A DNA stretch of 64,000 nucleotides from the human T2T-CHM13v2.0 reference genome, Homo sapiens. Location of the stretch: NCBI RefSeq assembly GCF_009914755.1, contig NC_060935.1, one strand, 5' to 3'. Positions 30,364 to 45,475 of the stretch are shown here, one piece after another (position 1 is the stretch's first letter; each line of letters begins with the position of its first letter). The position numbers and the translations under genes were made by a program. The notes beneath the pieces are model-generated. The model made no database searches, was not told the DNA's origin, and was given only the letters and a program-made list of their open reading frames with translations.

Positions 30364-30406
<43 letters not shown>

Positions 30407-31050
30407 TCTTACGCTGTTGCGGACAGCAGCGCCCTGCCTACTGGCCCATCAGGGGGTTGCGTGCGCAGCCTCCTCTGTTTCCGCCCTGAGAGCGGGCTCT
30501 TCTGAGTCGGGGAGAATTGGGCATCGTCACGTGCTCTGTCTGCGCCCCGAGTGGCCTCTTCTCCTCCTCCACAGACACCTCGGGGAGGGGTCATCCTTCA
30601 GACACGCTGAGCCTAGGCTGCCCGCCCTTCCGCAGCCCCGCCCTGGCCGGCTCCTCGCGGCCCACTAGGCCGGTTCTTCCCCACGTCAGGACCCCGCCAC
30701 CCCACTCTGCCCCTCCACCCGAGGCTGCCTTATCCTTTTGCTTTCTCTCTTAAATCTGCTGCCCGTTACTGCTATTCTACCCTTTGGTAGGTGTCAACAG
30801 ATGTTCACACTTTCCTTTCTTTCTGATGGTGGTCAGGAAACCTAGCACTCCACCTAAGGCGAAGAAGCCGGGCGTTTGTCTGTTGTGAGTGAGTGACAAG
30901 GGCGGAGGAGGCGTGCCAGGCTGGCTGCAGTACCATTCCCTGAGTCTGGCACTGCCTGAAGGGAGCCCTGCCGGTCACATCAGACGTTCCTAAGGGGCCT
31001 GGAGTGAAAGGTGCTTGCAGGGAGCAAGTGAAAGTGGCGCCCCCACCCAG
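30360..31050. promoter_or_regulatory. CpG-island-like candidate promoter/enhancer
   Basis: Non-repeat, GC-rich, CpG-retaining stretch. GC boxes (gccccgccc ~30635, gggcggagg ~30900), E-box GTCACGTG 30526-30533, TTGCGTG 30457-30463, CCACGTCA 30681-30688. Confidence 0.55.
30362..30406. repeat. (CACG)11 tetranucleotide microsatellite
   Basis: Perfect alternating purine-pyrimidine repeat with 11 intact CpGs. Confidence 0.97.
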
Positions 31051-31204
31051 TCTGCCCATTCCACCTCTCTTTATACTGATGAGAGAAGCCAAAGGGAGGC
31101 AACAAGGAAAAGAAGAGAAACTGGAAGCTGGGATGATTGACAGACTAGAATGACAGGCTGCTGAAACTGAATGAAACCCCAGAAGTTATCAATTCATCCT
31201 TCAC

Positions 31205-31590
31205 TTTTTGAGTTTTTATTGAAGTATGTTATAATTATAGAAAAGTGCACACATTAGACACACAGTTTGGTAAACTTTCATAAACCAACCACAGCCATAG
31301 CATCAGCACTCAAATGGAGAAACCAAAAGCGGCAGCACCCTGGGAGCTCCCGGAGCGCTTCTGCTGTCGGACTCCTCCCCGGTAACACATACAGTGTGTC
31401 TAACATATATTGGTTTTGCCAGCTTTGTACATTAGCTAAATTGAGTGTCACAGTATGTGTTTATATCTGGTTTCTTTCCTTCAACGTCATGTTTGTGAAA
31501 TTTATTCACACGGTTGTGTGCAGCTATGTTGTTCCTGCTCACAGCAGTTTTGTGCCCTTGGGTGAAAACACCACATTTTCTATTGGAGGC
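31205..31590 (-). mobile_element. L1ME-type 3' end fragment
   Basis: ttttattgaagtatgttataattatagaaaagtgcacac; tctggtttctttccttcaacgtcatgtttgtgaaatttattcac. Confidence 0.65.
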
Positions 31591-34329
31591 TGCATAGCTG
31601 TCTGAAGTTGCACGTGAGTGTGGGACCCAGCACAGGAGGCCCAACTGGACTCCTGCCCAGTGCTCATGTCACTACCTCACACTACCCACCTTCAACATTA
31701 AGTTCTACATGCTATGCTGTGCATACCTGTCACATTCCCTTGAATTAGGACGGAAGCTGGATTCACCCCATGTGCAGAGTGGGGTTAATAAAAGCAAGTT
31801 TTGGCAATATACTCCTTCCATGGCACATAAACTTCAAGTCACAAATCTGGATGTGCATAAAGGTGTTAACACCAAGAGTTGGGGTAATATTTCATCTGCT
31901 CTGAATGCAATCTCTATTTCTGGATGTATTCATTTGGCAGGGAGTTCTGCCACTTAAGAGCTAGAGTCGATTCTCCAGGGAGGCAAGGGGATTTTTTTCC
32001 TGGAGAGCCATCTTGAGACTGAGAATACATCAACGAACTCTGCTCTTAGCAGTACAGGTCAAGTGTTGGAGGCAGTGGAGGTCAATGTCTTGCTGAGCCA
32101 ATGTGAGCCTTCTGTGGGGCCTGGCAAAGCTAGACATTCCCTCTCTGCAGCTCTGCAACCTTTCTTCCCCCATAACGTGCCTCTCACATCCCGTCCCCAA
32201 GGAGCCACTTATTCCCATGACAGGTTTATGGTCTAGTTGAACCAGCTGCCCCTCTGGCCATGTGCACAGTTAGAGAGGCAGGGGCCTCTAGTCATTCTCT
32301 CTCCCTCTGCCCTGGCGTCAGCCACAAATTCCAGCAGGCTCATTAAAGTGTCCACCTGTCTGAGCACCTCATCAGAAGGATTCAATGGCTGCAGAACCTC
32401 GCTGCTCCCTCCACCTGGAGCGGGGCTGACCCTGCAGTGGCGCGTTTGGCCTGAGCCCCTTTCGTTTTTACCCTCAGGAAGCTTGGGGGCTGCGCAGGCC
32501 AGGGCTCTGCCTGGGCTCTGAATGCTGGAGAGAAGGAGGAGAGAGGAAGTGGGAGAGGATGTAGTAGTTTCCCCTGTCTACTTTCTCTACCTTCTTTTCT
32601 CCTCTACCCTCCCTTTCCAAGCTCAACTTCCTTGACAGTATTAAGGAAATACCTTTTTTAGTTACCAAAATAAGTTGCTCTGTGGAGAATTTCTGATGAT
32701 CTCATGGTGATTTTCCTGCACCCGGAAGACACTTTGCTTTGCTTTGGGACCATGGATATTCCTTGGGGCAGCCACCAAGGATGAATAAGGTGGGATTCTT
32801 ACCATGTCCTCCAGCTCTTCTGAAACTTATCAACAGGGTAGTGTATTTGTTTTACCTCCTTGACAAGTTTGTTTTAAGAATAAAGTAAAATAATATTTCT
32901 GAGAGTGATTGAAAGTCCATATTTAGGAGAATGATTTTGTTTACTCTGAGTACAAGAGACATCAAGGAACAAAAAGATTTCCTTACTACCTAGAGAAATT
33001 GTTAGCATTGTCACTCTCCTATTGGTTTGCTTTGACTGTGTGGGAGTCAGATCAGCAGAATGGAGAGGGCAGCTGGAGTCAGAATCATGGGCAGGGAAGC
33101 CAGCTGGCAGCTCCCATCGTGCCAGGGGACATTCTGGCTTGCTTTATGTCCTCAACAGCTTCCATCCCTTACTGTTCACAGGTGAATGCTTAATAAAGCT
33201 TATGGAGGCCCAGTGGGGAATAATTATTAATTAATAAGTACTAATAATTGTGAGCAGCAACAGTTACAAAATGCTCAGGCTAGATCTGGCATTATTCTAA
33301 GTGCTTTTTGGTCATTATCTCATTTGATACTCCAAAAACTCTTTGAGATAGGCACATTATTTATTTTATAAACAAGGAAGTTTACGGAAAATAACATATA
33401 TTGGCTCTAGCCATGGCTGCGGGGGTGAACTTTCTGAAACATTAATTAGCTCTTCTCTATCCCTTGCTCCAAACTTAGAACAGATCTCATTGCCTTCTAT
33501 AGAAACTTCTGAGAATCAGGATTTGACCATGAGCAATTTGATCCTAGAACCTCTGCTACTAAATTTCATAATATTGTGTTTTATAAAAGTTAAAGAGTGC
33601 AGTGAATTGTGGAACATTCATGGTGATTTGATTGCCCTAAAATCAAATCAACTGGGGAAAAGTTGATTTCTAAGGAAAGTACTCCCAGCTCATTTTTTGA
33701 CCTGATGTCTTCCAGGTTTGAATGGGGAGGCACTGGCCTCGGAGCTCCTTGCTGCTGACATCAGTTGTGCCCTTGTAGGAGACGTCCTGGTCCTGTCTGC
33801 CTCAGAGGCTTCCATCTGCGGATTTCCTGAGGTCGTCCCCTTACTCCTCTGCTGCAGTCTCTCTCAACATTTCAACTGTCTGCTCCAGAAAGTTACTCTG
33901 TCACTAAGTAAAATAAATACAAACAAAATAAGCAATAATCTACCCCCTTCCTTTCTCCTCTGGTCCCCTCTCTGTCTGCCTGTCACCCCCTCCTCAATGA
34001 GAACGTGGATCCCTCGTGGCATTTCTCTGGAGGGATGGCCCAGGCTTTCCCAGCCCATGCACTCTCAGCCAGATCATTTGCCTGCGGTCCCATGGCCGTC
34101 TCCAAAATGTGCTCTCCTCCAAAGACTAGTTTTGCTGATTGTCTTTGTTGCAAACTGTTTTTCTCCACACTACGCAATTGGCATTGCCTTTTTCAAAGTA
34201 TATATTTGTTTTTATTTGCCAAATCCACTTGAATATACTCAGCTTTACTATGGAGTTTGAAGCCTGTGACTGTATCCAATTTATGAAATGTTGTCTCTCT
34301 TCCCCGTCCTGTGTGATGTTGCTTTCTCC

Positions 34330-35355
34330 GTAATTTCCAGTGCTTTTTCCCGATGCATCCCCCCAGGTCTCTTTTGTTCCATTCTGCATTCTCCGTGAGT
34401 GTTCTCCTCCAAAACCTCAGGTGCAGTCACCACCAATGCCCCACTATCTCCTGAATCATAATCTATAGCCTCAAAGCTTTTTGTAAACTCCAGTAGCCTG
34501 CTGCTCATCTCCAGATGGATGCTCTGCAGAAAACCTAAATGCAAGTTATCTGAGATGGGATTATTGTTCCTCTCGGTTTCCAACTGTAAGCACATTATGC
34601 CCCGTCTCCAGCATATGCCCCCACCTTGGCCCTGTGTCTCACCTCCCATCTCCCATCTTCTCTTCTTTCTCTAGTCCCTCTCTTTTCCCCCAGAAAGTAA
34701 CCTGGGGTTAGTTCTGGAAGCTCCCTTCTCATGACTGCACACCAACTCCTGCCAGCTGGGCTTTATCAGTGCCTCTGCCCTGTCGCTGTCTGAGTCAAAC
34801 CCTCTGAGAGTCCTGCTCGTGCAGCTGTCACGGCTTCAGCTCTTGCTGTGTCTGCTGGGGTGAGCTTTTTCAAACATTCTTCAGCTCTTCTCTACCTTCT
34901 GCTCAAAACCTTAGAACGGGTTTCTGTTGTCTTTAATATAAAATCCTGAGTATGGAAAGCAGAGTCCCATTGACCTTTCCTGTACCATCCCCTGCCAACC
35001 TTCCCCAGATGCCACAGGCTCCAGTGAAGGATCATGGTCCATTTGACACCTCCAAGGAGAAGATGCTCGCTGGCACCTCTCTGCCACTGTGTGTGCTGTT
35101 CCCTCTTTACAAACTGTTCCTCTCCCACCCTGCACCCTTTTATCCCCCATCATCCTTCAAGGCTCAGATCATGTGGCTCTCTAGGAAACATGTCCTCACT
35201 CCTTTACCTTCCCCTACTGGGGTTAAATCCCCACAAACAACACTGGCGACTCTGCTCTGTAATTTTTCACTTCCTTCTCTGTGAAGGAAGGATGTGCCTA
35301 GGCTGCCACACAGTACTTAGAATTATAGAGAGAACTAAAATTTGCTTGTGGAAGA
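34330..35355 (+). mobile_element. Degenerate L2 LINE fragments
   Basis: Pyrimidine-rich L2-like tracts (catccttcaaggctcagatc) ending aaatttgcttgtggaagaaatga. Confidence 0.5.
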
Positions 35356-35579
35356 AATGATAAAAAGAAACATACCTGGGCTGTGGTCCTCATTTTCCAC
35401 ATTGGATACCTGCCACTGTCCAGAGACGGTGCTCAAAGCTGTGAAGGAAACAGACACGATTAGGACAACAGTGATTCTTTTGAAGACGCTACTTTCCAGT
35501 AATGGAACACAGGTAGGAACAGGTATATTATGAGGCAGGATGAAATTAGTTTGCAGACATGTAGTGCACACGTAAGCCT

Positions 35580-36530
35580 TGTGTTCTGAGTTTCCCCGGC
35601 TGTGTAACAAACTACCCCAAAATGTAGTGGCTTAAAACAACCAATTTATTATAGTTCATAATTTTGTGGGTTAGGAATTCATGCAGGGTTCAGCTGGGTG
35701 ATTCTTCTATTCCTTGTAGTGCTAACTGAGGTCATTTGCTGGTTCTTAGGGGCCAGAGAGGCCAGTCTGGAGGGTCTGAGGTGGCTTCACTTATGTCTGG
35801 CACTGCAATAACAATGGTTAGATATCATTACCTAAAATGTAGGATATCACTATCCTAATCCAGAAATCATTATCTAAATCAGGTTCAGGAGCAGGTGAGG
35901 CTCCTGGATGTACTTCCTCATATGATGTTGCTCTCACTCTGAAGACTCATGTCCTAAAGAGACACATTTTCTGCCCCCTTCACACCCAGCAGACAGTGGT
36001 GGGGCAGATACAGTAAATCTGCAGTTGTTCTCTGTAAATCTACAATAGACACTCCAGTTCAAAAAGCAGGAGAAGGCAGGGATCACAGCAGTTCTGAAAT
36101 CCAGTCAGGCCCATTCTGCCCATTCCTTAGTGAGGGTTCAGTTATGCTGCCTGGGAATGAGCGTGGCTCCTGGCTCTGCTTCCTGCCTCTGATCATCCTT
36201 CCCTTTGTGAGAAATGACCTGTGTCTGCAGCTGGGCAGTTTTCTTAGCTTTTGTTCTGTCCAGAAAAGGCTGTGTACCTGGAGGACTCTTCATCTCAAAC
36301 AGTCTCTCTTTGTTTATTTTAGTTCAAGTGGATGGTGCATCTACCAGTACAATTATCTTGAAAACTTTGTGGGATTCTATGTTATTTTATATAAATATCT
36401 TGCTTTCTATTAGCAAAGGCACACAAATTTCCTCAAGAACTTTTCTGGCTTGGACTGAGAGATAGCTTTCTATAGGCAGACACCCTTGATACTCTTAGAA
36501 GCATTTTTCTCTGGTTGAGAACAACTATGA
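35580..36530 (-). mobile_element. MLT1 LTR plus adjoining MaLR internal fragment
   Basis: gctgtgtaacaaactaccccaaaatgtagtggcttaaaacaaccaatttatt is an MLT1F/G reverse end; MLT-int-like sequence follows. Confidence 0.65.
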
Positions 36531-36559
36531 GTGATATATATATGCATGCATTGGAGCCT

Positions 36560-36860
36560 CCTATTCCTATTGCAGAGCTGTCTATTCCTCCCATTAATGA
36601 TGCCAGTGTGTGCTTTACATGACTAGGAACTCTGATGTTCGGTACAGGAATATTTGTAAGTGTTTATCTTCTTGGCGAATTGATCATCTGGGCATATGAT
36701 GCCTCTTATCCTTCGTGTTTTGTATCCGTTTTTGACTCGAAGTTTATTTTGCCTGACATGAGTATTGATACCCCTGCTCTCTTTTGGTTATTATTCGTAT
36801 AAACTATCCTTTTTTATACTTTCACTTTCAACTTATGTGTCTTTAAATCAAAAGTGTCTC
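36560..36860 (-). mobile_element. L1M ORF2 fragment
   Basis: gtttattttgcctgacatgagtattgatacccctgctctcttttggtta ... ttcactttcaacttatgtgtctttaaa. Confidence 0.7.
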
Positions 36861-38120
36861 ATGATTTCCAGAGCTCCCATAAAGTTCTTTTAGCCCATCT
36901 CCAGTGGTTTATTTGGTGTTTCTGTGAAAGCTCAAGGACCTGGAGCTTCCTAGTCCGCCATCTTGCTGACGCCTGTCTCCATTTGTTTGTTGTTAGTGGT
37001 CCTCAGGGCTGCTGCCCTTTGGATCATGTTTTGCCTTTTCTTATTTTTTCCTTTTTACCCCATCGCTCATGTTGCTGAGGGTACGTCTGGTTCATCAGCT
37101 CTGACGATGGGGTAGTTTTCCTAAATGTGTATCCACCACATTTGATTTATATATTTCCATGGTTGTGCTGAATTCCTGACAGCAGACAACGTTGCAACCA
37201 TACCCTGATTTCAGCCAGACTTCAGAAAGAGCAACAGTAGGGTTGTACAACCTACCATAGTAGGGTTACTATATACTAGAAGTAATTCTGGAGTGAAGTT
37301 ATGTGTCTGTCCTTCCTGGAGCTCTGTAGGACATGGGCAGACACTCTGAGGTGACTGGGTAAACTTTGATGAAAGTTAACAGAGTGTTACCCCTCCTCCT
37401 GATCTTGACCACAGCATACTATGATTCCAGCCTAGTGTCCTAGATTCCTTGCTATGGAAATCACAATGCTGTAGCTTTGTTTCAAAGCAAATGCCCGCTG
37501 GTATGTCTGTGCCATTTGTGTCCTGGTGATGCCCGTTTCTTGCCAGGCATTAGGTAGATCTGAAGGGCTGCTTATGCTACACCTCAACCCACCTCACATT
37601 GCCTCCCCACCCTCCTGCGAGCCCAGGCACAGCTCTCCTCACACCGTGGTTTCCCCGTCTATCCAGCTCAGCACAGAGGGCAAGAGGCATGGAGCCAGCA
37701 CATCTGGATGGAAAAGAGGCAACCTGCCTGATGCCTTTAGATTCTGGTAAGGGAAGATAACCAAAACAGAGTCCAGGTGCTCCAGAAGGGTACAGGCTGG
37801 GCTGGCTCACTTATGCAAGGTGCTTCCATCAGGATTAAATAAGCAGATATAAACCTTGCACTAAGGTAACAAGAAACTCAACATTTTTTTTTAATCACCT
37901 GAACTTTTGCGATTAGTTCCATTCTACTGGGCTGGCTGAAATTCCAACCTCATTCATTTTCATGGCTCTTCTCAATGAGGTAAAGTTCCCACGGGGTATG
38001 TCTTGCCAAAGCCCTGGGGGGCCTTCCAGCCACTGGTTATCTGTTGGTACTGGTCTCTGCAGAAATAGCCCACATCTCAGTCCTTGCAGCCGTTCAGTGC
38101 TGAGGGCTTTGGGTGTCTTT

Positions 38121-41977
<3,857 letters not shown>

Positions 41978-44633
41978 TTAGCAGCATTTTTTAAATTGGT
42001 GGCATCTTTTACAATGGACAGGAATAGTAATTAATGACAGCCTTCTTTTGCTTTTTATCTTGAGAAAAAAACCAGCCATTGAATGGTAGCTAGAAAAGGG
42101 CCTGACTCTGCCTGAATAGGTGAGTGGGATGGGGAGGAAAAAAAGTTAGAATACAGCACAAATTACTATTTTAAGATATGATTGTGTCTCATTGATAAAT
42201 CACAAAGTGAGCCAAGGTGTGGAGAGGAAACGCTCTGCCTTTTAGAGAGAACCGAGTTCCATTCACAGCCCTGCTTCCCACTAGCTGAGAGACTGCGTAA
42301 GTTCCCTCACACCGGGAGTCTGCATTTCCCTATGTAGCATAAGGGTGTGTTAGGTGGTTATGAGGATTTGGTGAGACATTTTGTGGCACGGTGACGCACA
42401 CTGACTGCTTCCTCCAGCTTCACTAGATACACGGTCCTGGCATAAGTCAAATGTGAGCAGATCATCAAATCCTTGCTGTTGATTTACAAGTGTTCAGCAA
42501 GGCTAGGAAGAAAGTCAGCCTCCGCAGCTGCACAGGGGATGGGTTTTCTGGTGGGAGGCAGCAGCGGTCTCGCTACCTTGTGGTGGTGAACAGCACTGTC
42601 ACCTGGCAGCAGTCTCTGGCTTTGCTTCACTGGGACACCGGTCCTGGCAGATAAGACAATGTGATTGAAGCAGGTCTGGGCTGAGGCTAGGAGGTATTAC
42701 TTTTTACAGAGATTCTATCGTTTTTTTTGAATCAGTGGCAACTGCACTGTGGCCACACTCCTGAGTCTGGGCCCTGCCTCTGCTGGGGGCCCTGCAGGTG
42801 CTTCCTGTGATCCTGCCTATCTGGAGGGGATGCTTTGCTCACCCCAGGCATTGATAGGGGCCCCTGGAATCCTCTTCCAGATCAGCCCTGAGAGTCAGAG
42901 TGGGTGCCAGAGCAGACAGGAAGGCACCTCGTGGCTAAGATGGCATGACTAAGTGTGGCCCGAGCGGAGACGGGGCGTTAACCCTCGTGCTTTCTGCATC
43001 CCTCACAGGTAAATACACAAATAGGAATGTACTCAGGGATGTTGCTTTGCTTCCGTGCTGGCTGGAATGATTAGATTATAAACTCCGAGCCTCAGAGCTG
43101 ACTTCTGAGATTGGACTGGGGAGATTTGAGAGCTGAGAACAGCATTGTCTGTTGGATGCCAGGCTTTCAGATCCCAGGGAGGCCATGTGGGGCCATGAGA
43201 GCTGGAGGAGGGCCTGAGGCCATGACTTGGAGGCTCAACGTTTTCCCTATTGCCCCTGATGTGCCCGTCCTTCTTGGCCTCCTGCCCCCGTCCTTCCTTC
43301 CCACATGACCATACCCAACCCCGGATGGGGGCTGCCAAAGCCCCCGCAGGCCGGTGCTGGTGCTGCTGTCCACACAGGCAAGCTCCTGTGTGAGCCCCGA
43401 GGGACCAAGCTGCCTCGTGTGAGCTGTGATCCTGCAGGCGGGAGACAGATGCAGATGGACTGAGAGTGGGGGAGATGGGGGTTACACATGGTTGGACCAT
43501 TGGCCGGCTGGGCACGGGCATTTATTGGGCGTCAACAGGGCCTGCACAGGCTGGGTGCCACCTGGAGTGTGGGGTAGGGTGATGAAAAGCAAATGGAGAA
43601 AAGCAATCTCTGCACCTGGGGAGAGGCCGCGCTGTCTGTGAGACAGGATGAGCACAGAGGCAGGACATGAGGATAAGTGTGGGCCTGAATCCAGTTCGTT
43701 GGCACTTTGGCCTCAGGGGGCCTGAGGAGCATGACTGGCTGACTGCTCAGTCAGCTCAGAGCAGGGGGTTTAGGGGCAACTTATAAAGTCTCCCCCGAGA
43801 TGGGAACGTGGCGTCCAGATCTCATGCTGGATGCAAACTTACAAATCACCAGTCCCTTCTGAGGCTGAAGTCTCTTTAAGGATTTTGGTATTCTCAGTGT
43901 AAACCCTGGATGTATTTCAAACAGATGGGTTTTGGAAGGCTCTGTGGCATTTTGTGAGTGTAGCTATGGGAACACACGTTAAGTATATCTCTGTGCGGGA
44001 GGGTAGAGTGTTGCTCCACCCTTCTCTCTGCTCCCAGGCTTCGGCAGCTCACACAAGGTGGGAGTAGGGTCCTCCCGTGTGTCCCAAGCTCCCCGCCAGC
44101 CTTGCGTCTCGACAGCTCCGCAGTGCGGAAAACTCACCTGTCCAGCTCTGCGTCTGTCACTGTCAGGCTCCTGAGAAGGGGCCCCCTGCTGGATGGAAGA
44201 AGGGCAAGGCATGACCGGCAGATCCGCTGTACACGTCTCGCCCTAGTTTTCCCACGAGCAAACCTTTTTCAGGATTCAGGGCAGGTGTGGGATTATCATC
44301 TCCAATGTAACTCCCAATGCTGGCATTCTGTGGTCATATCATGCCAACTACTATACCCAGGTGCTGCTCTGTGACCAGGGAGGCTCAGGAATTGGGCACA
44401 AGCAATCTCGGGAAATACCTTTTGAGGATTAAATTGCAGTCGGACAGGTGGCAGAAACGTAGACATTCCATTTGTGATCACAAAAAAGATGAGGTTGGCA
44501 ACACACCCAGAGAGAGGCTCATGGGACAGAAGAGAAGCAGCTCCTCACCTGACCTCAGCTGAGGTCACCAGGTGTGCTGTGGAAGCTCCCTCACCTGGGT
44601 CATTCAAAAGAGAAGAAAGTCCTTTGCATATGC

Positions 44634-44664
44634 TCTCTCTGTCTCTGTCTCTCTCTGTCTCTGT

Positions 44665-44699
<35 letters not shown>
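44634..44699. repeat. Compound (CT/CTGT)n(CA)n microsatellite
   Basis: Direct inspection. Confidence 0.92.
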
Positions 44700-44700
<1 letters not shown>

Positions 44701-45329
44701 AGCACCACACCACATAAAGAGTCAATTAGAGCTGACACCACTGAGTCCAAGCAGCCAGTGCAGAAGCACCTGGGGAGAAGTTACTGCTGCTGTCTGGCCT
44801 GAGGTCTCCCTCACCATCATCCAGCCAGAGTCTGCGGATCCCTGAGGGCCAGGGCAGCTGCATTGAAACTTTGCTGAGCACTAGCAGGCACAAGAGGGAC
44901 TGATACACTGGACGCACTAAGATGAAAAATTGGAAGCTACTTTTGCTTTGAAAAAGAAAAGAAGAAAACCAAACCCTTGAACATGAACACACCAAAATGC
45001 TCCTGCAGCTGCATTCCCTGCGAACAACACATTTGCCCTCGGTTACTACCCTCAGTTAAATCTGTTAGTTGTTGTTTAAAGCTGGATTTTTTAAAAAAGC
45101 ATGAAGATAAACTCTCTCTATTGTAACTGTGGGTGGATATTTACTTGAAGAACAGATCAATAGCTCGACTCTTCCTTTTCATAGACAGGTCTTGTTAAAT
45201 CCTACCTCCGTGATGTGGTGTTCTCCGCTGTTGTTCAAGACCCAGGAAGCCCCCGGTGGCGTGGGTTCTGCTTCTGGAGTTGCACATTGGCCACACATCC
45301 GGTCTCCATCCCCCTTGGCTCTTTGACCA

Positions 45330-45475
45330 CTGGCCACGCAGTTAACACCCCTAAGACTCAGTTTCCTCCTCTGTAAAATGGGAAGAATAACTCCTTTCTT
45401 TCAGTGTGAGAGTGAGTGTTAGCAAACGAATCTCTGTCACGTGGCTAGTGCTCGATAATTGTGGCCGTAATGATA
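45330..45475 (+). mobile_element. MIR fragment
   Basis: ctcagtttcctcctctgtaaaatgggaagaataa MIR core. Confidence 0.75.

Noticed and set aside
33624-33650. Small hairpin tgatttgatt...aatcaaatca
   Set aside because: Only a 10-bp low-complexity stem with no supporting context.
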